Both the position numbers and the translations under genes were made by a program. From contig CM082594.2 of the NCBI GenBank assembly GCA_040954595.2, forward strand, positions 8,945,612 through 9,009,611: DNA of 64,000 nt, read 5' to 3'. The notes below the pieces were generated by a model. It ran no database searches. It was not told the DNA's origin and saw only the letters and a list, made by a program, of their open reading frames with translations. The stretch's first letter is position 1. Each line of letters starts with the position of its first letter. Below, in pieces: positions 1-14,700 of the stretch. The stretch is from Balanoglossus misakiensis (lineage: Eukaryota > Animalia > Hemichordata).

Positions 1-174
1 ATTTACTGAAGTTGGGAGAAGTTCCTGAATGTATACTAGATTGTCAAACCATTTTTATGCAAAATTGCTCTTTAAAATTTGAAACTTAAATAGTGACTAG
101 TTTCTTATGGTCCTCCCGGTTAAATGAGTTGACAATGACACTTCAATTGTGAATGATGTACTAAATATTCTCAC

Positions 175-3100
175 CAACACAATGCGTTCCATTTCCGGTA
201 AAGCCACTGCTACAAGTACACTCGTAAGACCCGGGGGTGTTGCTACATATGGCACTTTCATCGCAAATGGTTGGATTCTCTTGGCATTCGTCGATGTCAA
301 CGCATTCCTCCCTGCCATAGGAGCGGTACCCCTCTTGGCAGGTACACAGGTAAGTGTAGTCGATGTTCTGGCAGACTGAATTGTTACCACAGTTGTTGGC
401 GTTTGGACTGGAACATTCATCGATGTCTGTGTATTGAAAATTGTCAAACAATCAAGGTTTGAGACGTGTTATAAGCAAAAGGAATAATACCAGGTAATAT
501 AACAAGAACTATTACATTTATCTGATATGTAAATCATTGAACAATCGACATGTATCACTTATCAGCCTTTCATTCTTTATTTACCTGCGCAGTGAGTTCC
601 ATTGCCATGGAAACCAACCGGACAGTCACAACGATAACTTCCAGCTGTGTTGTTACATGTTGCTATGGCATCACAATCCGCTTTCCTTGGGTCATCCGCT
701 TCCAGATTACACTCGTCAACATCTGGAAGAAAAAGAAGACAAAAATTTCAATCATGGCTCAGTTGGTCACCAAGAAAGTTACTTCACTTAAGCTAAAGCA
801 TAGATCATCTCAGCATCGTGTACGTAACATCAGTACATCAATGCAAGCAGGAACTCTTTATAGATTGCCAGCAAATAATATCCATTTGCTAAATTCCGGT
901 AAAGTTTCATAGCTAAGATTAATATAATATTACCTAAAATGCACAACATAGACCACTTACCAAAGCACAGCGCCCCGTCTCCCTGGAAACCAGGATTACA
1001 AACACAAGTGTAGGATCCAATATTGTTTGTACATCTGGCATCTGAATGACAGTTATCCAAACTCTCACTGCATTCATCAATATCTGGAATTAAAGAGAAT
1101 GAATTCTGAAGTCAGCCAGGGGTTCATTGAGTATAGTATTCAGAAGAATCTCAAGAAATACTGACTGTGTTTCTTGCGTTTACTGTTATCATTGCCAATC
1201 TTCAATACACACCAAATTCTTTTGGCCAGTTCTACGACTACTTTGAAATGAAACCAATGAACTTCATGAAGTAAATATGCCATACCTTCACAGATCAGTC
1301 CAGTCTTGAGATATCCATCTTTGCAAGTACAATTGTATGATCCAATGGTATTTTCACATTCAGCATTAATGTCGCAAGGTGATAGAAGGTTGCATTCATC
1401 AACATCTGAAAAGCAATTAAAAATAAAAACCTGTTGACCATGCACAAAGAACAACACAAAAGCAAGTACAAGCTCTGCTGTGAATGTTAGTGAGTGTTGA
1501 TGTGGTTATTCTTATGTGAAGCGTATACTTACCCTCGCAGGTGAATCCGTCGCCAAGGTAACCATCCATACACTCACAGAAGTACGATCCAATGGTGTTG
1601 TTACAAACGGCATTGGAACTACAGCCTGGGTCCCCATCACTACATTCATTGAAATCTATAAAACAATACATTCATAAAAGTGACATGTGATGTTTATACT
1701 GTACCAGTACAGGTACCTTCAATCCTATGTTTTATCAGTACAGAATATTGTGTGGTTGCACATCATCCAAAGGGGCATAAAAGCTCAGTCCCAATACAAA
1801 CAAGAATGACAGTATACCTTGACATATTCCTGTGACGTTTGTATACCCAGTATCACATACACATTGGTAGCCACCATACATATTGACACACACTTCATTT
1901 TGATCTTGTTTGCAATCATCTGAATCATCTTGACACTCGTTAATATCTGCAACAAAGATTAATTAAGATAATGAACTATCCTATGATAACTTACAGTAAA
2001 TACACAAATGGGTACACAAATGTCGAAAAGAGAATGGCCTGATCAAGGAATGATATCGTTCCTCACCTTGACAAGATCGTTGGTCTGAATTCAGCTTGAA
2101 TCCATCATAGCAGCTACATGTATATCCGGGAACTGTGTTTGTAACGATTTGCTCACAGCTGTGAGGATGATCAGGATCTACTGATTCATCAATATCTGAA
2201 AGAGCATTTTTGAAAATAAAATAAATTAAATGCATGCATTCTTCCTGGATTTACAGATGTGCATGTATGTATGAATAGAAGGCAATGCTACAATGTTCAG
2301 ACAAAACTACAATAGAAGATTATAGTCTTACCGATGCAGATAGAACTACTTCCGTTTTCAAACTCGTACCCATTATAGCACAGGCACACTTCATCACCAT
2401 TCACCACATAGCAGAATCCATTTACACATGTCTGGTTCCCACAACTTTCCAGAGCTGCAATACAAACAGAGAAAGAATGAAGACGGGAAATATAATGCAA
2501 TTTACTTTTTAACTATATAATCTTCCATACTATTCATGTCAATTCCTGCTTACTAGTTTGCCAGGTTTTGAGAACTTTTACTTACGCTGACAGACACCCT
2601 GATCATCTGCCTGGAATCCTTCGTAGCAGTAACAGCTGTAATCATTGCCTACTGTGTTGTTACATCCCTGGGAGCAATTAGCAGTATCCAAGTAACATTC
2701 GTCAATATCTGTAATTTAAAAAAAATATTATAATTTTTAAATTTGATAGATAGCTACATAAAAGATAGACAGATAGATCAATAGATAGATTATAGTCAAC
2801 ATAAAGTGAATACACACCATTGCAAGTTATTCCGTCATCATCCAGGATATATCCGGAACGGCACGAACACTGATAGCCACCCACCATATTCTCACACAAC
2901 GGATGATCACAGTTTCCATAGTTTACCAAACATTCATCAATATCTGTCAAAATAAAAGAGATTTCTTTTATAAATGGCACAGAATATTAAATGCCATGAC
3001 GACCATCTTGGGACAGAAACTGCTTGTCTTCAGTAGATCTGCAGGCGATATACAGCAGACCTCGTAAATTAAGAATATGCAAGTTACATAACTCTCTACT

Positions 3101-5332
3101 ATTACCTGTGCAGTTGATTCCGTCTCCTTGGTAACCAGCAATACATTCACACTCATAACCTCCCAGAGTATTCAAACAATTCCCGTATTCGGTATTGCAG
3201 TCAGTTTTCCAGGGTGTACGACACTCATCAATATCTGTAGACAGAATAACATTTTCATTAATTTTCTCAGAGGGCCAATTTGATTCTGTTAAGTATGAGT
3301 ATACTTTTAGACTTGGTCAACATCAGCTTACATAGTTAATACCTGTTCATCAATCGTGAGAGTTTTGCTCTACCAAATAAATTGTCAATTTTGATTGCCA
3401 ATTTTATCATGATTTTATAAGTATTTTAGTCATATTTTCACATTGTTTTACTTTAATTCCAACTTACCATTGCAGGCAAATCCATTGCCAGCATAGCCAT
3501 CAATACACTCGCACACATAAGATCCCTCAGTATTGATACAAGTACTGTACTGTGAACAAGACGCTAAACCTTCTTCGCATTCGTTGACATCTGCAAGAAA
3601 ACTTTTCTCTTAATACCATCTTTGCTTCATTTTCAAAACATTAGGTGTTGAACGAAAATGGAACATGATGTTTCAGTAGGCAGAATGACGCAATGATATC
3701 CTTCTTACCTGAGCAATTGAAGCCATTGCCTGTGTAACCAGCCTTGCATTCACAAAAATACGATCCCTGTGTGTTAATGCATGTGGCGTCATCCACAGAA
3801 CAAGAGTGGTGGCCAGTCTCACATTCGTTGCAATCTGTGTGAACAGATCAGACCAGATGATGATTCAGAATCATGGAAATGCAATGTAACAAATCAATTC
3901 ACCAGAATAAGTAGCCATGAATCTGTGTTAATTGTCAAACATCATACACAACTCAAGAAAATGACTATTTCAGTGTTTCTAATTGTAGAAAGCAAAAAAT
4001 TATTTTAAGAATCAAATTTGTCCTGTCTGAAGAGTGAAATGTATGTACACTAAAATCATTTTTACCTTCGCAGATAATACCATCTCCTGCATATCCATCG
4101 TTACAAAAACAGATATAACTGCCGACGACATCAACGCATGTAGCTCTTGGATGGCAGACATTCAAATTTATGTCATCACATTCGTTGACATTAGTACAGT
4201 TTTTACCATCACCTCTCCAACCAGCGTCACATTGACAGATGTATGAGCTGATAGTATTGGTGCAGGTTGCATGTAAGTCACAATCATCCAGGTGTCTGCC
4301 ACATTCGTCGATGTCTGCAAGGGATAAATGTGATGAAATGGTAACCTTAATGAAATATATGAAATATACTTGGTAACCGTATCATTGACATGCACATATT
4401 TGCAATCTCTTAGTTGCCATAGTTACCTGTGCATTCCACACCAGACCCTTCATATCCATCACTGCATATGCAAATGAACGACCCATCTGTGTCTTCACAA
4501 TCAGCGTTTTCGTCACACTGAGGGGCCTCAATACACTCATTGATATCTGAGGGGTAAAAAGACAACAACGTCACAATACTGTACCGCATAAAGTAAAAGA
4601 CATCGCCATACCCTACATCTGATTTTAATCAGATTGATAGTAACATGTTATGTACACCAGATTGACTTACTCTCGCACAGTTTTCCGTCTCCATTCACAT
4701 CGCTGTAACCAGGGTAACAGGTACAATTGAATCCTCCATCTGTGTTGCTACATGCTGACCTGGGGTCACAGTCGTCGATGTTCAAATAACATTCGTCTAC
4801 ATCTGTGTACGATACCAATGGATATTAAGGATTTAATGATAGCAATAGTATACAGAGTTGATGAACAGTTGATTTTGAAAGGACAGAAATGTCTTCAGCA
4901 AATTGAAGATATATGCCTGGAGTATGCTGTGTATCTGTCGTAATAAAATCTTTCTGTGAGGTTCGGTGTGGTCTTACCAATGCAGTTGATACCATTTGGA
5001 TGAAGTTGATATCCATCGTTGCAACTGCATTCGAAACTTTCGTATGTATTGGTACATATCTGGTCACATATGCTGCCATTATTGAAGTCTCTGCCTTCAA
5101 AACACTCATCAAAATCTGGTGAAGAAATGGTACAGTTTGTTACAAAAGACTATAAACAGATAGTTCCACAATGACTGTACATTAAACAAGTTTTCAATGA
5201 TGCACATACATACATACATACATACATACATACATACATACATACATACATACATACATACATACATACATACATACATACATACATACATACATACATA
5301 CATACATACATACCCCGGGGTACATACATACA

Positions 5333-5366
<34 letters not shown>

Positions 5367-5404
5367 CATACATACATATATACATACATACATACATACA
5401 TACA

Positions 5405-5438
<34 letters not shown>

Positions 5439-5726
5439 CATACATACATATATACATACATACATACATACATACATACATACATACATACATACATACA
5501 TACATACATACATACATACATACGAAGAGTATAAGAACCACCCACCGTAACATTTAAAACCATTGCCAACCAATCCTTGTGGACATGGACCACACCTCAC
5601 ACCAACTTCTGGTGCAATGTTATCAAAGCAGAGCACACCAGGATAACAAGGTTCATCCAAGCACCCTTCATAATCTTCTTCACAAAAGTCTCCCGTGTAG
5701 GCAAGGGGGCATGTACAAGGAACCAC
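175..5726 (-). CDS. Mucin gene: downstream EGF/calcium-binding EGF array (~20 modules over ~18 exons), continuing off the window
   Basis: Repeated exons starting D(I/V/F)(D/N)EC with C-x-N-T-x-G-S-Y-x-C-x-C-x-x-G-Y/F, e.g. 175-426, 594-722, 961-1083, 1286-1405, 2067-2195, 4066-4313, 4978-5115. Confidence 0.9.
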
Positions 5727-8700
5727 CTGTATGATGAAAACAAATGCACCAATTAATGCACAGTAATTCCACATTGTACCAGTATTTTTTGTTAAATCAT
5801 TGAATCATACAACTTAATGCAAAGAAATGAAAACAAACATAGGAGCACAGTGGTATATAATGTGTTTAGTGAGTCACTGTCCACAAACCCTTACAAAAAC
5901 ATTCCATAGGCATCTATAGAATTCTATAGGTTACTGAATTTCTATAGAAGTTTATAGAATTTCTCGACGTCTATAGATTTCTATGAAGTTTTGGACCCCT
6001 TTTCTATTGAGCAGCAGTATAGTATAGTATTTTAACCAGGAAAACTGAATCTAGTGTATGACGTCACTTACAGCAAATTTATAATCAACAACGTCACTTC
6101 CTTCGACATATTCTGCATAGTTACAGGTACCGTTGTTTTGGCACTGGCAGAGTCGAACTTCGGGTATTAAGGTAGAGAGTGCTTGACCATCTGATGCTGT
6201 GTAGCCTATACGGACAGGGTCCAAACTTTCTGGTGTCCATACAAAAGTTCCATCTGTGAAATATAAAATAACAGTTGCATGGAAAAGATCTTCTACCAAA
6301 CAGTGTAGTGGAATATCATCGCTATGTCTGCCTACAATATGGGCCAGTCTGGAGATCTACTCCATGCTGTTGTTCCATGCAAAACAGCCAAAACAAGCTA
6401 GAGATATTGTCAAACCTGCTTTCGTGTAAAGTTATACAACTGAGTAGATAGCTACAGCTTATGCTGTGGTTTCTGTATGGAAATAATGAGTCTATCTAGT
6501 AGGTGTACCAGTACTTACTTGGATATATAGTTGCATTTTGTGGAACTGGACTTTTCAGAGAATATTCAATAAAGCTACCCTCGACATCAGTGGCGTACAC
6601 GTCAATGACAACCTGCTCGCCAACGCTGGCATTGATAACCGTGTTAGCATATAAAGATGGTGGATAGTTCACTGTGGAAAAAATAAAGTTCTGGTTTAGC
6701 ATATATCAGTATTCCCCATTGTATAGGTCATTACAGTCTGGTCTGTGTTTTATTTCACATTGTAATGACTCACAGATAGACAATCTTGAGAATCTGCGAC
6801 AACTGACTGAAACAATGTGCGCACAATAAGTGGTTGGAGAAAGTTAATACCATCATACCTAGATCTTCTGAGTCCTTTTGTAACTGTTCCGAGGTGATTT
6901 TTGTGGCTTCTCCAACAAGTGGGTTACTAGTTGTCAACGTGTCGTACAAACATTGCAGGTTGCTTCCACAGACTTCTTCAGCAACTTGAATAATTGTGTC
7001 TGGACTGGCTTCCCTGACTTCGTCAAAAAATGCTGGCACGAAATCGTTAACGTTGTATGTTTCCCATGACGTGCCATTATCGTAGATGAAAAGGGATTCT
7101 GTTTCTGTAACTTTCCCTGCAAAAGGCAAACATGATAGATTACAGTCTGTCGTTTTACAAGTTCGCAATGAAAATTACACCTGCACCACATCGGAAACAA
7201 GCTATCACATTTCCCATTAAGCACCTGCTAACGACTTAATCTGTGTACCCCACAGGGGATTAAGTTGATAAAGTAAACTTGCAAGAAGCAGTACTCAGTG
7301 TATATGCTATCATTCATGTCAGAAAGACTTCCTGCATATGGCTACCTACATGTTTGTCCAAATTTAAAGTAGTCCGCCTCGGTCAAATTTTGTCCGGCTT
7401 CCGACGGTTGCTGATATGTCCCGTTGCGCCTAAGGAAGTCATCGGCCGGGTTGTCATTCCACACACCGAGAAGTCCCCTTGTTTTGTTTTTGTATGGGTC
7501 AGGTGCTACAAGTGCAGCATCTAACATTCCCTCTGTAATGCACACAGACACACCAATGCCAGAGGAAAACACTGCCATTGTCCGAGTGAGATTCGATGGT
7601 ACTTCTACTTTAAGGTAAAACTGGACATCGATGAATTCATCAGAAGAAAACACATCTGCAATACAAGCATACAGTGCACAGTATAACTTTACAGTTTGAG
7701 ATACTTAAAGGTATATGGCTACCTGTACAAATTTAGCATCACAAACTGTCAACTGGATGCCCGTGAATAAAAGCCCCACATTGCCGTTAGAAGACTTGCA
7801 AGATACATGTATTGTCCTTTTAACCATACAGGAGCAAGTGACAATTAAAGATGATTGTATTCCTTTAATGCATACCTTCTGAAAGTGCACTCTTATTGAA
7901 CTCCTTGCCATCAACTAAGATGCTGTAATCCGTACCATTTTCATCCATTGTGAATTGCACCTGTGCATGATTGGGAAATAATCAAATGACAAAATGATCG
8001 GCATAGCTAGTTGTGTTCTGCAGATATGTGAATTATAATTTGATGTTTCCAAAATGAAGGTCAGAAATTCAACCAAGACTTGTCGTGTTTACGATATACT
8101 TACGATCGAAGAGCCATTCTGTTGAGCGACGAAGGCTGTAAAGATGGTAGCATTAGACTGTTCGCCACTTGCAGTTCTAAATCTTGACGTCCTGGCTTGC
8201 AATGTAAATTCGCCAGTAATGACTTCCACCAGTATGTATTCACCCAAACCATTAAATGTGTACGTCGCATTGTCAAGTGTTGTAATGTGTGGATCACCGA
8301 ACATAAAGCCTGCAAAAAATCAAAGTGGAAGAGTTTAATGCACCCAGCACATCAACTTTATTTTCAAGTTTACCGACCTTTATTAGTACAGTAACACATA
8401 CAATGGAAAGCAAACAAATCACTCTGAATAAGAATTGTTGATTTACTGAATTTTTATCCGAAGTTCCTGTGTACAGTTGGAGAGAAATACCATGTTTCAG
8501 CAATCCTACCTATTTTAGGAGGCTTATAACCAGTACAGCTTCCTCTTGGACGTTTCTCTTCATACATCTCACAGAAGGCAGGATCGCTTGAGGCGTTGCA
8601 ACAAAAATATCGCGGCAACACATCTTCATCTGATAAAATTTAGAACAGTAGAAAATTGACAATGTAATAAAGCTTTTGCTGTACTAAGTTTAAGGCGGTC

Positions 8701-11700
8701 CAAATAGTTAAATTTTAACAGTCTCGCATTTAGAATGAGTCAATATATACCGGCACTATGAATGTGTTATAAAAATATCCATTTGCAATTTTTCTAAGAA
8801 TCCTTACCAATCCACTGGAGGTATGATGTGTAATCAAAGAATCCAGCTCTGTTTATCCATTGGTAGCGCTCCATGTAACTGCTTTCCCACAAAGTCTCGT
8901 AGCCATCAATGAAGGAGTGGTCGTCACGATAACAACACCGCTGTCCAGCACCAAAGGCATTTGAAAATGACGTCTGCAGACAGAAACCTTGACCTGGAAA
9001 GTGGACAAGGATTATAAATTTTGTAGTGTGTTTGCAATCGCTACTGAATTTGTAAAACTCAAATATTCCTAAATACAGCTGTGTGGAAATCTTTGCAGTA
9101 GTGTATTACAATTACCTTGCAGTAAATCTATTACTCTCATCAGCCGGCGATCGACGCCCATTATATTGCCATTGCTGAACAGTCTGTCGGTCAATGCTTC
9201 ATCGCCACGACGACCTCTCCCGAAAGCTGCGTCATTACGCCCTTGGCCAAAACCGCACGGACAGAATCCCAAGTCGTCATTCCAATCACTGGGATCAGGC
9301 TGCTGATTGTACCAGTTCAGACACTCTTGCTTCGCGTTGAAAGTATCCGGTACATTATCCTCAACGCGGAATATCCAACGACCTTTCAATCCAGTATTTC
9401 CGTCAAACTGGTCCGGTCTGTACCGCTCATCAATCCCATTAAAATTCAACTGCGCATTTTCAATCTCACTCTCTATTCCTCTGCCACTGTTGTAGCCAAT
9501 AATGGCCCGGTTCAGGCTTGTGTATCCTCTGACATTGTAAAGCCAACGCATTTCATCTTCCATAAAGTTTATCAACACAAAACCGTACTTCCCATCCGTT
9601 GCCAATATTCCCTGAAATGTATTCGGCTAAAACGGGAGAAAAGGAAGACGACATGTATAAAGGTTTCTGAAACAATACAAACATTTATTACCAGAACACT
9701 CATAATAATTTGCCCTCTAGACTCACCGAATCTTTGGTATATTCAGCGAAAAAAAGCGGGACCTGGTACCAGGTAATCTTTAGAATCCAGCTGGCCTCAA
9801 AGCTGGCGAAGTCAGAATCAGGTTGATCGACACTGGGATATTGTGACTGGATTCTTGTATTGACGTCTTTCACCATGGCAACATCTTCATCTGACAAAAA
9901 TGCTGATGTATCATATTCCTGCAGCACAAGAATGCAGCTGTTACTTATCACGAAGTAATGCGTGTGCGTGTATGTACATTTTATGTTGCATGAATTGTGA
10001 CAATATACCTTATAGTACACCGCTCCGGAGTCAGCAAGTCCCAAGTCCACATCATCCCAGAATATTGCGATCATTGGTATTTCTTGATCTGTTGTAAAAC
10101 CATCAGGAAACGGATACGGGAAGGGATACTTGTCGCCATTTTCATTGATAAATACGATCAGACCATTGTCTGTAAACTGCAGCAATGAAAGACAAGTAAA
10201 CATGATTTACGGATAGATATATGATAACCTATTCTATGTATAAACACACATGAAAATGTTGACTATGAAAATAACATTAATACCAAGGCTATTGTACTTT
10301 GTCAAATGAACGCAAATACAGTATACTTACATACAAACTGTAGTAAAACTCTCCCCAGAATGGAAAGCCAAGTGGTGGGTTTATTGTCGGGGACACCAAG
10401 TCAAACATTCTGTTGGATCTTCTATCTTCTTTCATTTCACGAAGAGTCCAATCCCCATTCTCTGGTCCAAAGGGGAACATAATGATTTCTGAAAAAAGAA
10501 GTAATTATTTTTCCATCGGATGTTTTGGCATACAATGCTGAACATGTTTTTATGTTCCAATAAGTTGCATATTACATGTAAAATACTGTGAAATTGGCGA
10601 TATATACCTTTGCATGCAAAGCCATCTCCTCTATAGCCATCAACACATGTGCAGTTATAGTCCCCTAGAGTATTGGTACAATTTGCTTTGACGTCACACT
10701 TCGAAACACCAAGTGCACATTCATCAATGTCTGAAAAGAAATACAAGCATCTGTCTTACTTTGAGGAAGTTGTAACAATAAAATACCCATATTTCATTGC
10801 TTTAAAAAGCTGTGTGTGTGTATGTAAATCTGTGCAAGCAAAGTATATGTGATGTGAACAGACAGGCAAAAGATAAGAACCTTGTTCACAGCTGGATCCT
10901 GTCCATCCGTCTTTACAAAAGCACTGATAGCTGCTGATGTAGTCTTTGCATGTTCCACCATTTTCACATGGAGTAGATTCACATTCATTGATATCTGTAA
11001 GAAGCAATATTAAAAAGTAATAGAGACAGTATAGCAGAATGGCAAATTGTAAAATTAAATAATCAGAAGTAGCATTTGGAAAATAAACATTTCTGTTAAG
11101 TGTCTATGTAGTGCATCTCACCTGTACATGTAACGTCATTTGCATGCAGACTGTAACCATCGTAGCATTGGCATGTGTATCCATTATCAGTAACTGTCGT
11201 GTTAACATTGATGCATATTTGATCGCAGTCATTCAAAGTGATACTCCCACACTCATCAATATCTGTAAAGAAATGAGAGCAAGAATAGAAGATTTTGTCT
11301 TTACCAACTGACACACACAGATCTATATCTAGTACCACACAGGCTAATTTTAGTCCTAAAGATGTGTTTTGGATTCATATGAACAAAATATAGCTGCAGA
11401 ATAAACATAACCAGCTCAACACATTACATTTAATACAGACTTAGACTAAAGTCCTCTGCACAATTACCTTGGTGACAGTAGGCGCCAGTCCAACCAGGAT
11501 CACATTCACATCTGAACATGTCTATCATATTAATACATTTACCAAACAGACACGGATCACTGGCACATTCGTCGATTTCTGCGGAGGAAATAAACACCCA
11601 ACCTTATCAGTTTCTTGTTTGAGCTACAATCACACAAGATGTAAAATCAGAAGAATGTGTCATTCAAGTTTATTCAAGCACTACATGCTTACCTATATCA

Positions 11701-14700
11701 CAGTCGACACCAGTAAAGCCACCAAAACAGCTACAATTATACGCATTGACGTCGTCGATGCAGGTTCCATATATGCATGGTTGGCTGTCACATTCGTTGA
11801 TTTCTGAAATGGTACAGAACCATGAATATATTCAACTTGACTTGTTTAAACAGACATAAAATATACATCCCAAATATCAATGTACATGCAGTACACCTTT
11901 TTAAATCAGACTGTTCTTGGATAAAATACTTGTGATGAGGTAAATAAGATGATTGTTTACCGATTTCACAGTTGATACCAGTAAATCCTTGGTCACACGT
12001 ACAGATGTACCCATTAACAACATCATCACAGTTACCATAGATGCAAGGACTGCTCTGGCATTCATTGATTTCTGAAATAAAACCATGAAAATTAATTAAA
12101 TCATCAATCTTGTTTTTCTAGTACATTCAAAAGCACTAAACTTTCTCTATGTAAATAATCGGATGCCGTACTATTACAGTGTATTCTTTGCTTGTTTAAA
12201 GTGACATAGAAAGTCTCCATTGAAAAGACATCTTGGGATACAAGAATACTGAGTACTTACCAATACAAGTTGCTTGGTCTGTAGTGTTTAGTATATATCC
12301 AGCATTACATTGGCAATTATATGTGCCAGGCAAGTTCTGACAGCTTTGGTCACATAAACTGCCATCTAAGCATTCATTGATATCTGTTAAAAGAAATATT
12401 TCATTGTCCAGTTGTTCATGTTATTTGCAAACATGCATGTTCTGTTGTCCACCAACTTAATTTCATCTGTTGCATAATGAGAAGACTGTAATGCCATCAT
12501 CAAATGTATAGAAATTATCCTGTTATCTGTCAACTGAAAATCTTAGTGATACTGCAAAATATACTCACCTTCGCACAGAGAGTCACGAATTGGGTTCAAC
12601 TGATATCCACTATCACAGAAACATTCCTGCTGTCCGTTATTAACACTGCACTGACCCTTGAAACATTGTTTTGTACAAGGGATAATAGCTGTTGAAATGA
12701 CAATTAAGTTTATTATAAACTCACTATATGATCATCAATATAATCATCTTATACAATGCCATGTATTGTTATGAAGTCATGCAGACTTTTTGCTGTACTG
12801 TGTAAAACTTCAACTTCAAGGGAATTCTGCATACCTATACATGTACGTTTGTCTTCGCCAAGAACAAAGCCTTCTCGACACACACACTCATAGCTACCAT
12901 AGGTATTCTCACAAAGTTGACTGCATCCGTTGCTGGTACTGTCACATTCATTTATGTCTACATGATAAAAGTATTATAGTTACATGAGTGATGATTATCC
13001 ATAGTGTCCAGTGAAGCAATATATCGATCAAACAAATTCAGCTATTCAGACTTTAAATACAGCAACATGAGAAATGCAACAAAGTGAAATTGGTGTCTCA
13101 CCGTCATTACAGGTTACTCCATGGAAATTATCTGGGCATTTACAAATTGGCCCATCACCACAATTTAAGCATATTCCACCATTGTTGCATGGTTGCACAC
13201 AAACATCTAAAAGTGAATATAAGAAAAAAAACTAAATATGTTAAGTATAAATCCCTTATGGTAAGGACACTTGTATTACATATTGTAGCTGCATGTCCAC
13301 ATTGATTCAACAAATCTTTGAATTATAAAAAGAGTAAGTTACCACTAAAGTATAAATGTACAATCTTACCAGACTGACATCTTGGGCCGGAAGGTGATTC
13401 TGAGGTTGCCGTCTCATATACAGTATCTTTGAAAGTTGTTGTTTCAAGAAATGTTGCGCTTTGATAGTGTTCTTCTGTGATGCCAGCATAGCTAGAACTC
13501 TCAGTTGTCAATTCACTGGTTGTTACTCGTTGTGTTTGAGAAGTTTCAATAGTACGTACATTGGTTGGTCTTGTTTCAGTCCCTGTTGGTGCAAAGCTAT
13601 CAGATTCTGTGCTTGAAATAACTTGCAAATGTCTTGTGGAAACTTCTTCCTCGATATCAGTTGTCAGAAGAAGAGGTGTTGCTGTAAACTTGTCTTCTGT
13701 TGCAATAAGTTCAGATGACTCATATTGCGTGCTGGTAACTGCGAATGTTGGAAGGTCTCTTGGCATAGTCTGGTCAGTGGTGACATACATTGCAGCTGTT
13801 GAAGTAACCTGTTTTGTAGCTTCATTCTCAATGCCGTCTACTGTTCTTTCGGCTGTACTCAAGCTATGACTTGTTGTATATGTATTTTCCTCTAATGTCA
13901 AAGTTGACCTATCATCTGTCTGAGAAGCTTGTGATGTAGATCTGGGAGTTATTTGTCCAAATGTTCCAAGCATATCTGCTGTTGATGGCTGCTCAGTTGA
14001 TGTAAACCCTTCTATTGCAGTGACAGTTTCATACTCAGATGATGTAGTTTCAATATCTTCTATTGGTGTGAAAACATCTGCTGTTGATGGCTGCTCAGTT
14101 GATGTAAACCCTTCTATTGCAGTGACAGTTTCATACTCAGATGATGTAGTTTCAATATCTTCTATTGGTGTGAAAACATCTGCTGTTGATGGCTGCTCAG
14201 TTGATGTAAACCCTTCTATTGCAGTGACAGTTTCATACTCAGATGATGTAGTTTCAATATCTTCTATTGGTGTGAAAACATCTGCTGTTGATGGCTGCTC
14301 AGTTGATGTAAACCCTTCTATTGCAGTGACAGTTTCATACTCAGATGATGTAGTTTCAATATCTTCTGTTGGTGTAAAAACATCTGATGTTGATGGCTGC
14401 TCAGTTGATGTAAACCCTGCTGTTGCAGTGACAGTTTCATCCAGGGATGTTGTAGATTCTACTCCTTCTGTTGCTGTTAACACACCTGCAGTTGATAGCT
14501 GCTCAGTTGATGTAAACCTTGCTGTTGCCGTGACAGTTTCATCCAGGGATGTTGTAGATTCTACTCCTTCTGTTGGTGTTAACACACCTGCAGTTGATGG
14601 CTGCTCAGTAGATGTAAACCTTGCTGTTGCTGTGACAGTTTCATCCAGGGATGTTGTAGATTCTACTCCTTCTGTTGATGTTAACACATCTACTGTTGAT

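Noticed and set aside
5109-5593. MYVC/HTYI-repeat ORFs
   Set aside because: Translations of the (CATA)n microsatellite; only the 5546-5726 EGF exon portion is real.
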